Source: Octopus bimaculoides
Taxonomy: Eukaryota
Length of the DNA stretch: 64,000 bases
NCBI RefSeq assembly: GCF_001194135.2
Contig: NC_068989.1
Location: 25,413,632 to 25,477,631, forward strand
Reading direction: 5' to 3'
Below, in pieces: positions 1 through 10,469 of this stretch. The notes below the pieces were generated by a model. The model was not told the origin of the DNA. It saw nothing but the letters and a program-made list of their open reading frames with translations, and made no database searches. The position numbers and the translations under genes were made by a program. Each line of letters begins with the position of its first letter. The first letter of the stretch is position 1.

Positions 1-336
1 GTATAGTAATATGTATATCCACACAAATATACACACGCACGTATAAAATCAATGTATTTAGTTCGACATTACTACATTTTCGCAAAAACATTATCCTTGA
101 TATTTGCTTAATATACATTTTACGATAAACATTTCGATCTTTTTAGATTTATGGCTACATTTATACACACACGTATATATTCCATACAAATCGCGGCATT
201 AGTAATCTGTAAGGTTATTCAACGCACTGCTACTGAGAGATATTTCAAATTGTTGGATATTTGCTATGTCTACAATTTGGATTTTGCTGATTTCTTTCTG
301 TTTGTGAAAATGGAATTGAAGAGAGGATAACGACGA

Positions 337-400
337 GATGACGACAATGATGATGATGATGACAATGATGATGATGAAGATGATGATAATGATGATGATA
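337..400. repeat. (GAT)n-type trinucleotide microsatellite
   Basis: Imperfect gatgacaatgatgatgat... run read directly. Confidence 0.9.
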
Positions 401-598
401 TTCTGTATGAGGTTATTAAAAGGATAATGACAAAGATAAACACTAAAGTAGTTATTCTTGTTAATGGAAAGCCATTCCTATTTGATCAGATGTAAGATCA
501 AAAATTTCAACTAGGCCCATCCAATTATATTTCAGGCAGATTACAGTAGCAACGTTTCTGTTCTCATAAAACAATTGTATATTAGTTATGAAAGATTT

Positions 599-817
599 AA
601 GGCGATGAACTGTCAGAATCATTAGCCCGCCACGCAAAATGCTTAGTGGCGTTTCATCTGTCATTGCGTACTGATGTCAAATTCCGTCGAGGTCGACTTT
701 GCCATTCGTCCTTCGGGATTACTAAAGTAAGTAGCAGTTGAACTCTAAGGCCAGCGTAACCTACTTAACCACGTACCCGAACTTACTGGCCTTGTGCCAA
801 ACTTAGGAATCATTATT
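599..817 (+). mobile_element. tRNA-derived SINE, family B (core gaggtcgactttgcc...)
   Basis: Degenerate A/B-box head (…gtcagaatcattagc…gtcaaattcc), core gaggtcgactttgccattcgtccttcggg and 3' ggccttgtgccaaa. The same modules recur at 23110-23360 (+) and 46570-46975 (-). Confidence 0.8.
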
Positions 818-1496
818 TAAGAGAGATTTGATTATCTATTGCAGATATAGCCATGACTTCATGATTTTCTTGATAGTTCCATCCCTCTGTCCCTACCACT
901 CTCCTCTCCTTCCAGGTGACCGGTGTTCCGCCAAGACTGACTTTTCTTTCTCGGTTCGTAGCATCTCTTATATTTCTTACCATGACTTTCATCTCTTATG
1001 TTGCTGCCGTACGGCTTCACTTCCAAACACAGCGGCTTAATTTAATTCGCCATTAGTTAAAAGTCACCTTTTGTTATGTCCTGTTGTTTGTATTTGTAAT
1101 TGTGTACCATTTCTCCGTTTTGTCGTCCTTGTTTTCGAATACGTTCGCTTGCTTGTTTCCAAAGAATCTAGTTTTCTTAGCTTAGATTTTCTTGTGTCCG
1201 GCTAGATTGTATCGTCTAACTGTGCATATGTTTTGTTGTCGCTTGTTATATTCTTGTTCCATTATATATNNNNNNNNNNNNNNNNNNNNNNNNNNNNNNN
1301 NNNNNNNNNNNNNNNNNNNNNNNNNNNNNNNNNNNNNNNNNNNNNNNNNNNNNNNNNNNNNNNNNNNNNNNNNNNNNNNNNNNNNNNNNNNNNNNNNNNN
1401 NNNNNNNNNNNNNNNNNNNNNNNNNNNNNNNNNNNNNNNNNNNNNNNNNNNNNNNNNNNNNNNNNNNNNNNNNNNNNNNNNNNNNNNATATATATA

Positions 1497-2437
1497 TACG
1501 AGGGTTATTTATTAAAGACTTCTCTTGACTTTACTTCGGAAACAGTCTTTACTTCGGAAATAAGTTCATCATCGTCTGCAAAATGTTTCCCTTTCAAAAA
1601 AGACTTCATGGTTGGAAAGAGGTGGAAGTCAGATGGTGTGAGGTGAGGTCAGGAGAGTAAGAAGTATAGGGAAGGATATCACTGCTGCAGGAGTCTGCTT
1701 TCATATGGTCAGCATGCTACTCATCTCTGCCTTGATGGCGGCTCATAATTTTGGCGGCAGAGACGCGCAGCATGTCCCGTTAATTGTGGTGCCCTTTGCG
1801 AGAAAATCTATTATCTCTCCTCCACGCTGGTCTCAAAAGTTTCTGAGCATCGTCTTGCCTGCTGAGCGTTGGACAGACGCCTTCTTTGGAGGTGATGAGT
1901 TATCATGCTTCCATTGCTTCGAATGAACTTTAGTCTCAGGTAATAATGATGTACCCATGGTTCATCCTGTATGATAAATCTGTCGAAAAAAAACCCCTCG
2001 TTTTCTTGGCACATTGCCAAAACAGCCTGGGAGCAGTTGACTCGTGCTGCTTCTGAAAAGGTGTCAGCATCCGGTGAATCCATCGTGCCGACAATTTCCG
2101 TATGAAAAAAATGGTCATGAATGATTTTTGCCACGGACTCTACACCTATACTCACTTTTTGGGCTAGTCACTGAACAGTTATGTGGCGGTCTTCCAAAAT
2201 GGCGGCTTCCAGTTTATAGATATTGTCATCAGCAATGGCGGAATGTGGACGTCCAGGAATAGGAGCAGTTTACACCGATGTCCGTCCACATTTGAACTAG
2301 CGATGCCAGTTCTTGACTACGTCGCATGATGGTGCATCGTCACCATACGTGTCTTTCGCCTCATCGAAAGACTCTTTTGCTGTATGACCATTCAATTATA
2401 AGGACCTGATCACTGATCTGCATTCAAGTGCATCCAT
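1497..2437 (-). mobile_element. mariner (DD34D-type) transposon remnant, transposase pseudogene
   Basis: Minus-strand translation from ATG at 2437: MDALECRSVIR…KNWHR*FKCGRTSV…PGRP (HTH region), FIIQDEPWVHHY (first D), YSPDL…PSDFHLFPTMKSFLKGKHF (third D). One TIR-like end TA-CGAGGG at 1497. Contains stops, frameshifts and an internal deletion; the second TIR was not found. Confidence 0.9.
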
Positions 2438-3669
2438 TATAACACCTTAGTCCACTTCAACAGCCAGAAAAGAAATAAATACTAATGGAAAGCTGCAATT
2501 TACAATGTAGCATGTAGAGACATATATGATTATACCTGTAGAAGTTCCGTTTCCTGCAGTAATCGTATGTGGGTCACATTATCTTTGAATTAAAAATATT
2601 TTTGTCATATACGCATATATATATCCCATGATTACGTCTCTGTTGCATGAAGTAGGGAGCAAGTATGTGTAAAATTTATTAAACATGGAAGATTGGGTGC
2701 TACACGTCAAGAAAGACACCAAATATAGAAGTATACTTTGTTGTATGTAAGTTTGGGGAGGTATTATATGAACACATATTTAAAGAGGTCTGAGAACCTA
2801 TATACCGAAGATAATTTCTTATTTTTGCTTTAGTGTTTAGACGATAAATGTAATAAGGCAAATATTGATACCAACTACATATTCATTAAAGAAAAGAGCA
2901 CAACATATTGATGCAATTTGTTTGCCTTTGTAATTTATGCTTAGCCCGAAATTAACGTATATTGGAAGAAGCCTTTCATCAGAGATGTTCCAAAAATGAT
3001 TATCCTGACTTTCATTTGATCATTGTTTATCTAACTCTACATTATTGATATTACTTCGGCTATCTCAAGATAGTAGGTTCTAAATTGAGTAACATTTGGT
3101 TCCTATTTCAAGCAGATAAATCAGTTACTGATAGGTAAAATTCGCATATGCACATATAGAAATTAAGCTCTACTTATATCTGGTTTAATTTGTCTATAAA
3201 CAGTTATATAAGTATAAAATTCAAAAAGGAATATTGGGTTTGAATTAGAAAACATTATCTCCTTTCATTAGACGAAATTATTATGAAAATAATGTTTTTT
3301 AATGAAGGATTTTCAATAATGGCATAAGTAATTAGTTCATTAATTAGAAATGATAGGCACAGTGTTTGAATGCTAGTAGAGTATGTAGAGATAAATCAAA
3401 GTTGCATTAAAGAGTACATTAAAAAACCCGAAAGGTAATTGTGAAAGTAGTATAATTAAGTGGTTCAGGAAAATACAATGGAAATTAGTATAATCAAAAA
3501 TGTAAAAGAAACTAGAAAAGTATAAAGAGGATGAATCCAATAACGTGCCTATCTGAGAGTCTATGATATATTCTTTTGCCTGGGCTCGAAGGATATTTCA
3601 GAACATTTAATTATCAGTATATTACTGTCTTCAAATTAATTACAATATTTTGTTTCTTTCAGATCCCCA

Positions 3670-4275
3670 AGCAGCAGATAATTTACTTTTACACAAGATA
3701 TGAAAAGCCATGTGATAATTGATGCCATATGTGCATAACACAGTGATTTAGAAAGTGCCAACTTTCTGAATGTTGTAAGATCCTTTATACACGAAGTTCA
3801 GATGGAACTGGAAAATTCTGGTGAGAATGCTTTGACTGTATCAAGGAGGAAAGCAAAAACATTCTTAAGATCCAGGTACAAAAAGCTACGGCAATTTATC
3901 CAGCGGGTTCAAAACATTATCGATGATGGTACTGGGAAAATCAGTGAGGGCCATCGCGAAAGAACTTCTGTTGTCGGGGCGTAATATCAGAATTGTAATG
4001 CACTAGGCCATTCCATACTAGTTATATACATTACGGAGAAGCAAACTGATGTATGTAAAAATACTTGAAAATCGTTTGATTCTTCCCATGCGGTTAGTTA
4101 ACCTGCTCAAACGGGAGATTAATCGACACTAAGGTAATGATATAACTTCACTGAAGGCTGCTATAGTGCCGGTGATGTCCAAAATGAATAAAGAATATTT
4201 AAGACACGTCAACATTTCCTGTCCTGAAGTAAAGGTGTCCTCACTGCTGAAGGCGAATTCATATAGTAAGCTGAT
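3670..4275 (+). mobile_element. Internally deleted maT-like (Tc1/mariner superfamily) transposase remnant
   Basis: N-terminus QDMKSHVIIDAICA*HSDLESANFLNVVRSFIHEVQMELE…QFIQRVQNIIDD is joined after a deletion to C-terminus NDITSLKAAIVPVMSKMNKEYL…AEGEFI. Family assignment is by recalled similarity to maT transposases. Confidence 0.65.
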
Positions 4276-4879
4276 AAGAAAAAAAAATCCTTATGGAGTA
4301 TATGCGTACATATTTTTATTAAAATATATTTCGTTTCTATAAGATTGGCATCCGGTATAATTATCTACACACACAGACACATACACACTTACACACACAC
4401 ATATAAACACACACTCAGACACACAGACAAATCACATGCATACACACGCACATACATACACACAAATAGCATGAAATATCTTACGTTTTCAAGTATACGT
4501 ATAGAAAGGAATGAAGTACATAATTAAATATATCACTGGGATACAGAACAAAGGGCTATATTTAAAAGAAAAGATGCAACATACTGTGCGTAAATAATAG
4601 AAAAATGCAATTTTGCTGATATCAGCTCATAGATTAAATGTAAATAAATATGTATGTGAAACGAGGCAAGAATGTAGTTTCATATATATATATATATATA
4701 AGTTGGATTAATGGGTATAAGTCGGTTGGTGTACTGAAATGTTGAATACAGCACTCGCACGGCTTAGGCTAGCTGATGTCTTCCGCAGTTGGGGTGCATT
4801 TCCGTTGGATCTATTTCCCTAACTCCAATATGAACATTTCAGGGTGTTTGGGTGTCAATCTGACGACAATTCAATCTAA

Positions 4880-5430
4880 GGACATGTACCGAGAGTAACA
4901 ATAATCAAACATCCAGCCAACATCATGGTGCTTGGAACGATCATTAGTAATGGCGACGTTATGCCTCAATTTATCTTCCCACATGGCCTCTAACTCAACA
5001 CGGAGGCCTACATTAAATACATGGAGGAGTTAATGCTGCTCTGAGTCAAAAGGATGGCTGCTGGAAGACACTATGTCTGGCGACAGAAATCTGTACTACA
5101 CCACACAAGCAGGAGAACCCAGCCATGGCTGTCAGACAATTTCTGCGACCCCCAAAATCTGGCCACCTAACGTCCTAGACTGCAATCTCTTTGTTTATTA
5201 TCTTTGGGGTTCAGTTGAGCGAGAGACCAAGAAAACTCCTTGTAACACCAAAAACGAATTGAAAGCAGGGATTACGGCAGCATTCACCAACTTAAAGAAG
5301 GACACAGCCCAGAATAGTTGCAGGAGATTCCATAATCGTCCAGAGGCCCTGGTTAAAGCCAATGGTGATTTTATTGAAAAAATTTTTCTTTAGTATTTCA
5401 ATATATTTTTATGTAATTTTCGTAAATATA
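4880..5430 (+). mobile_element. maT (DD37D) transposon, C-terminal transposase remnant, interrupted by a Tc1 element
   Basis: KHPANIMVLG…VMPQFIFPHGL…YVWRQKSVLHHTSRRTQPWLSDNFCD…IWPPNVLDCNLFVYYLWGSVERETKKTPCNTKNELKA…NGDFIE. This matches the QDSAPxH…WPPNSPDCNPLDY layout of DD37D transposases, with both visible catalytic D positions mutated. Confidence 0.8.
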
Positions 5431-5899
5431 CACTGTACCGCAAAAGAAACGTGATTTTTTCGAGTGTCATTTTTATATGGTAAATTCTGAAAATTTCTTT
5501 CAGGGATGTAAGTGTAAATATTCCAAGACATGATGGTTTATGGATGAAACCCAAATTGCAGGTAACATTTCAACTTTCTCAGAAGCAAGACGCCAAAACA
5601 CAGCTACGTTGAATGCCGTGGGTGGCAACCGCAAACTATTATTATGAAAACCGAAATGCACATGCATCTCGGGGACGTAATGGGTATAAAAATCAACTTG
5701 AACCGCGTTCATGAAATTCGTAATTTCTCCGCAGAATCGTCTGTCGTCTTTTTTACGAAAGGGTTGTGAAAATTGTGTGAAATTGTAAAAATGCGAAAAT
5801 TCTGTTCTATTTTGTTGATTGTATTTTTGAACATTCTTGTTGCTAGTTTACAGCTGAATTGTTTTACGCTGTTCCTATTTTGTAGAGGGATGTGTAGAT

Positions 5900-7154
5900 A
5901 TGTCCAATACTGATAGCATGAGCTCGTTTGAGTATTCTTCCTCTGAAGAGGAACTCCTTAGAGCCCTTGATAATGGGAATAAGATGGACTGTGCAAAGGC
6001 TGCTAAAGCAGCTAAAAAATATCAATTTGAAACAAGTTGGAAAGTTCAATGATTTAAAAAATGATGGAAGTAATTTTAATGTGTCCCTCTCGTAGGGGAC
6101 GTAGTGTTGAGTCAGAAGGAAAAATTGATTATATTTCAAACTCTTTCCGCGGAGAGCAAATAAACAGAGATTTTGTCTCCAAGCCAAATTGAAATGGCAT
6201 TAAAGCCCATATGGAGCCATACAGTACACATTAACAGATGCAGGAAGTACGTAACAATGGAGGTGCGGTTCAGAGATGCAGCAACCGCTAGACTACTGCA
6301 TCGAAGGAGGTAGTGCTCCTACCCACCTTCCTGGGAAGACGTACTTCCAGGGTGAAGGTGGAGGACATACATCCTAAGATAGATGTAGCCTGGCTGGTGG
6401 ACGCAATCTTGTTGGGCTTGGAGCAGGAATTGGTGGTTTTCCAATCCACGTGCACCGACCATATGAACTGGCAGGGGCAAGGGCTTGAGGTGTTGATTCA
6501 GGCCACTGCAGACGTCTTTGAAAAAGTTATAGAAACAATAAGGGTAGAAGATATAGTGTTAAGGGTGAAAGTGGAGGACAGAATCCCCAGGTATTACCAA
6601 TGTGTCGAAAAGCGCCACATTATGGTTGGCTGCTCTTCACCACTCACTAACAAAAAAGAAACCGCACCTCCGCCTAACCAGAAATTATCACAGAGGAACA
6701 AGAAGAATGGAAAAAATAGAAAAGAAAAAGAAAAAAAGGAAGACACAAACTTGCAGTCACACCCCAAGCCCACCCAGCAGCCACCCAAGCCCACTTTTCC
6801 ACACCCTTCCCCTGCAACCACCGATCCTCCCTTTATCCCGGCCGACATGCAAAAAATTTACACGCATTCAGAGATGTCCCAAATCTCTCAATCCCTGTCC
6901 ATAAAATAAAAAAGGTGACAAAGGAACCAAAGTATTAATCTTCTATGATGTAATCAACAAACAATTAGTAGTCAAAATAAAGACTTTGGAAAGCATAAGA
7001 CTGGTAAATGCTTGGCATAAATTCTCCTCGCATATGGAATGCGCAATCCTTGACGTTACAAATAAAACGAAACTAGAAAAGTTCGTGAAAGTGAAATAAT
7101 GCGAAATTAAAATAGGAAAAGACTTACCACACATGATAAGTGCAGAAAATTTAT
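5900..7154 (+). pseudogene. Tx1/L1-type ORF1 (gag-like) remnant with degenerate CCHC knuckle
   Basis: LIIFQTLSAE…SQIEMALKPIWSH…TMEVRFRDA…VLLPTFLGRRTSRVKVEDIHPKIDVAWLV…NWQGQGL…RVKVEDRIPR-YYQCVEKRHIMVGC (6592-6633, first Cys changed to Tyr), then Lys- and Pro-rich linkers. Aligns by eye with ORF1 at 31214 and 33750. Confidence 0.75.
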
Positions 7155-7557
7155 AGGCGTAGGAGTGGCTGTGTGGTAAGTAGCTTGATTATCAACCACA
7201 TGGTCCCGGGTTCAGTCCCACTGCGTGGCATCTTGGGCAAGTGTCTTCTACTATAGCCTCGGGCCGACCAAAGCCTTGTGAGTGGATTTGGTAGACGGAA
7301 ACTGAAAGAAGCCTGTCGTATATATGTATATATATGTATGTGTTTGTATGTCTGTGTTTGTCCCACCAACATCGCTTGACAACCGATACTGGTGTGTTTA
7401 TGTCCCCGTAACTTTGCGGTTCGGCAAAAGAGACCGATAGAATAAGTACTAGGTTTCCAAAGAATAAGTCATGGGGTCGATTTGCTCGACTAAAGGCGGC
7501 GCTCCAGCATGGCCACAATCAAAAGACTGAAACAAGTAAAAGAGTAAAAGAGTATGC
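7155..7557 (+). mobile_element. Full-length tRNA-derived SINE, family A (CORE-like; octopus OR-type by recollection)
   Basis: Head ggcgtaggagtggctgtgtggtaag…gggttcagtccc, CORE-like ttgggcaagtgtcttc, internal TA/TG tract and (aaaagagt) tail. TSD aaaatttat at 7146-7154 and 7558-7566. Confidence 0.9.
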
Positions 7558-7779
7558 AAAATTTATCATCGATGTTGTAAACTTTCTTAAAAAGTAATCA
7601 AAAGTGAAATGATGGCGCCCGGATGTGGGGCCGAGCCTCATTGCATATTACATTTTCTCATTGCACACTTTCACCTGTTTTCACTTACCCATATGTTTGT
7701 ACTGTTTTGTATTGTCCCATCTATGATTAGCCCCTTTGTGGGTACTAAAGAAATCAATCGTAATTTGAACGCATCAGGT

Positions 7780-8800
7780 ATGACCCGATTGTCAGCAGTG
7801 CATATAGAACAAGCTATCGGCCGATTGCAAGCAGGTCAGCATGCCCTGGTTGTTACGAAAGCTTACAATGTCCATGTCAGCATCATCTATCGCCTGAAAC
7901 AGCGATACAACACAAACAACACTGCAGATCGTGCCCACAGAGGGCTCTCCCGGGTGACCAGGCCCAGCCAAGGCCGCTTCATCCACCTGCAACATCTCCG
8001 TGATCGCTTCAAACCGGCCAGCCTGACAGCTCGCGAGACCATTTGCACTGGACAGCGACCTATCAGAGACAAGGTACGGCGTCAACTGACCGCCAACAAC
8101 CTGCGTTGCCGTCATCCTGCTCGAGGGCTAATCCTCACCGCCTTCTACTCTCAGGCATGACTACAGTGGGCTACGGAGAAACGATATTGGCAGCATCAAC
8201 AATGGAGGTCGATAGTCTTCTCTGACGAGAGCCGGTACTGCGTTTCCACCTCGAATGGCAGATTGAGGGTGTGGAGTAGGCGGGAGTGAACGCTATAGAG
8301 ATGCATGTGTCATGGAAAAAGGCTCGTGGTGTGGCCAAAGAATTATGGTTTCGGGTGCTGTAGGCCTGAATCAGAGAATTGAGCCCCATGTGTTCCAAAA
8401 TGTTGGTGCAGGCAGAGGGAATGACATCACAGCGCAACTTTTCGTTGACCAGACCCTAAGACCTCATATCGTGCCCTTCCTCGCCTATCACCATAGCCAT
8501 GTGTTCCAGAAGGATAATGCTCCCTTCTACACGGCCAGAGTCACCATGGACTGCCGGCGTCAGTACAACATCAGAATGAAACTGTGCGTTAGTACAACAC
8601 CAGAACCAAGCAATTGAAGACCTGTGAGATGAAATCCAGAAACAGCTGAACCAGGTGGTCCCAAGGCCGATAACCCGTGAGGAACTGGAGGGAGCTTCCC
8701 TGAGTGTATGGGCACAGGAGCCAATGGCTTTTTTGAACCGCCTAATGTACTCCATGTTCCGACAGTGTATGGCTATTTGAACACCCCGGGAGGGCATACG
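7780..8800 (+). pseudogene. Tc1 (DD34E) transposase pseudogene
   Basis: MTRLSAVHIEQAIGRLQAG… (paired-like HTH), WRSIVFSDESR (D1), IMVSGAVG, VFQKDNAP (D2), then frameshifted …AIEDL*DEIQKQL (E). Several stops and frameshifts. Confidence 0.9.
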
Positions 8801-9189
8801 GGCTGTTGAACATGTCACGCCCTACAACCTCGATGTGCTTGATCCGCTCACTATCAGAACACATGACAACGACCCATAGACTGTGGTCAAAGTACATGCA
8901 AGAAATTGACTTTATCATATTTATCGAAATTTATCTCTGACATAATGAAATTAAAACATATTTCACAGTCACACACATCTCGCGTTTCTTTTGAGGTTCT
9001 GTGTATCTTTTATAATGAGATGTCAGTGTTATTTTCCTTTTTGCGTAACTTAGACGTCAGTTTATTCACTCTATGTGTTTGTGTGTTTGCTTGTTTGTGT
9101 GTGTGTGTGCGCGCACGCGCGCGTATGTTTGTGCGTGCCTGCTTACTCTTATACGAGCGAAACCATCGCTGGACAAAAATCATTGTATG

Positions 9190-9511
9190 GCCCCGTCAAA
9201 GATTTGTACATTTTATTGCATAATGCACATCCTTGGAGAAGGATTCGGTACCACAGTATGAAATCTTTTGACATGTCTTTTAATCCTCCAGTTGAAAGAC
9301 ACACCTTTCCACAAGCTGCATATTTCTTGCTCTCAACGATAGTTGTATCATAATTTACAAAGGGCCCATTCCCGTTGCTTCTTTGGTGGCTGATCAAGCC
9401 TGCAAGACTTAAGCATTTCCGCCTACAAATCACACAAGAAAAAACCAATACACGTTCCTTTTCTATTGGCTCATTCTTTCTAAGCTTTCTCTTGATCTTC
9501 TCGTGCTTCAT
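9190..9511 (-). mobile_element. RTE-clade LINE ORF2 C-terminal fragment with tandem C2H2-like fingers
   Basis: KIKRKLRK…FSCVICRRKCLSLAGLISHQRS…ACGKVCLSTGGLK…GCALCNKMYKSLTG. Homologous to 60800-61111. Confidence 0.6.
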
Positions 9512-9650
9512 TCACACCCTTTCAAGGCATTCTTTGAAACTTATTTCGGGTTTTCGTGCTGGCCTTTTAAGATCTTTATACGTGTGTGTGTGTGTATGTG
9601 TGTGTGTTTGTATATACATACATACACACACACGCACACACACACACACG

Positions 9651-9692
<42 letters not shown>

Positions 9693-9892
9693 AATGTATA
9701 TATATATATATATATATANNNNNNNNNNNNNNNNNNNNNNNNNNNNNNNNNNNNNNNNNNNNNNNNNNNNNNNNNNNNNNNNNNNNNNNNNNNNNNNNNN
9801 NNNNNNNNNNNNNNNNNNNNNNNNNNNNNNNNNNNNNNNNNNNNNNNNNNNNNNNNNNNNNNNNNNNNNNNNNNNNNNNNNNNNNNNNNNNN

Positions 9893-9933
<41 letters not shown>

Positions 9934-10019
9934 GTATATATATATATGTATATGTATATATGTATATATACTTGTATATATACTTATACATTTCATGTGT
10001 ACGTCCTCTTGTTTTGTTG

Positions 10020-10264
10020 TTAGTTTTAATGCTCGATTTCCTATCTGTGCTTCTTTGACCATGAGCATTAATAAAAGTCAGGGCTATACACTAAAAGTTG
10101 GTGGATTGCAACTTGAACAACCAAGCTTTTCACATGGCCAACTTTATGTAGGAGCATCTTGTGTGGGAGTAAAAGCAAATCTTTTTGCTTATCCACTACA
10201 AAATAAAACAAGAACATTGTTTATGAAGAAATAGTCACTCTTAATGCTACGAGCCTACTTCATG
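10020..10264 (+). mobile_element. Helitron PIF1-helicase C-terminal fragment
   Basis: RFPICASLTMSINKSQGYTLKVGGLQLEQPSFSHGQLYVGASCVG…NLF, then frameshifted KNIVYEEIV. These are the terminal helicase motifs of Helitron RepHel. Confidence 0.85.
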
Positions 10265-10381
10265 CTCTTAATGCTACATGATTAACTATCATCCTCGACC
10301 GCCCCCATTAAACAAATACGCAACAAACACTATGAAAGTGAACGTACGTTACCGGCAATCTGCCAAGTATATACAATACGT

Positions 10382-10432
<51 letters not shown>

Positions 10433-10464
10433 TTAATAATAATAATGATAATAATAATAATAAT
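10382..10464. repeat. Compound (CTA)n-(AAT)n microsatellite at the 5' flank of an R4/Dong-like fragment
   Basis: Read directly. Confidence 0.9.
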
Positions 10465-10469
10465 ACAAT

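Larger units (their letters stand above)
5727..7757 (+). mobile_element. ORF1-only (HAL1-like) Tx1-derived non-autonomous retroelement, copy 1
   Basis: Flanked by 9-bp direct repeat tcgtaattt (5718-5726, 7758-7766). Has a 5' UTR, ORF1 remnant 5900-~7150 and 3' UTR ending …agcccctttgtgggtactaaagaaatcaa. No endonuclease or RT motifs. Net length about 1.62 kb after removing the SINE. Confidence 0.75.
5431..9003 (+). mobile_element. Complete Tc1-like transposon (about 1.53 kb net) carrying a 2.0 kb retroelement insertion
   Basis: TIRs cactgtaccgcaaaagaaacgtga (5431-5454) and the reverse complement of 8980-9003 (cacagaacctcaaaagaaacgcga) match 20/24. Flanked by TA at 5429-5430 and 9004-9005. Transposase at 7780-8800. 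Confidence 0.85.

Noticed and set aside
3648-3880. Apparent exon with a tttctttcag acceptor and CAG|gtac donor
   Set aside because: All three frames contain stops, and the best frame matches a maT transposase N-terminus.
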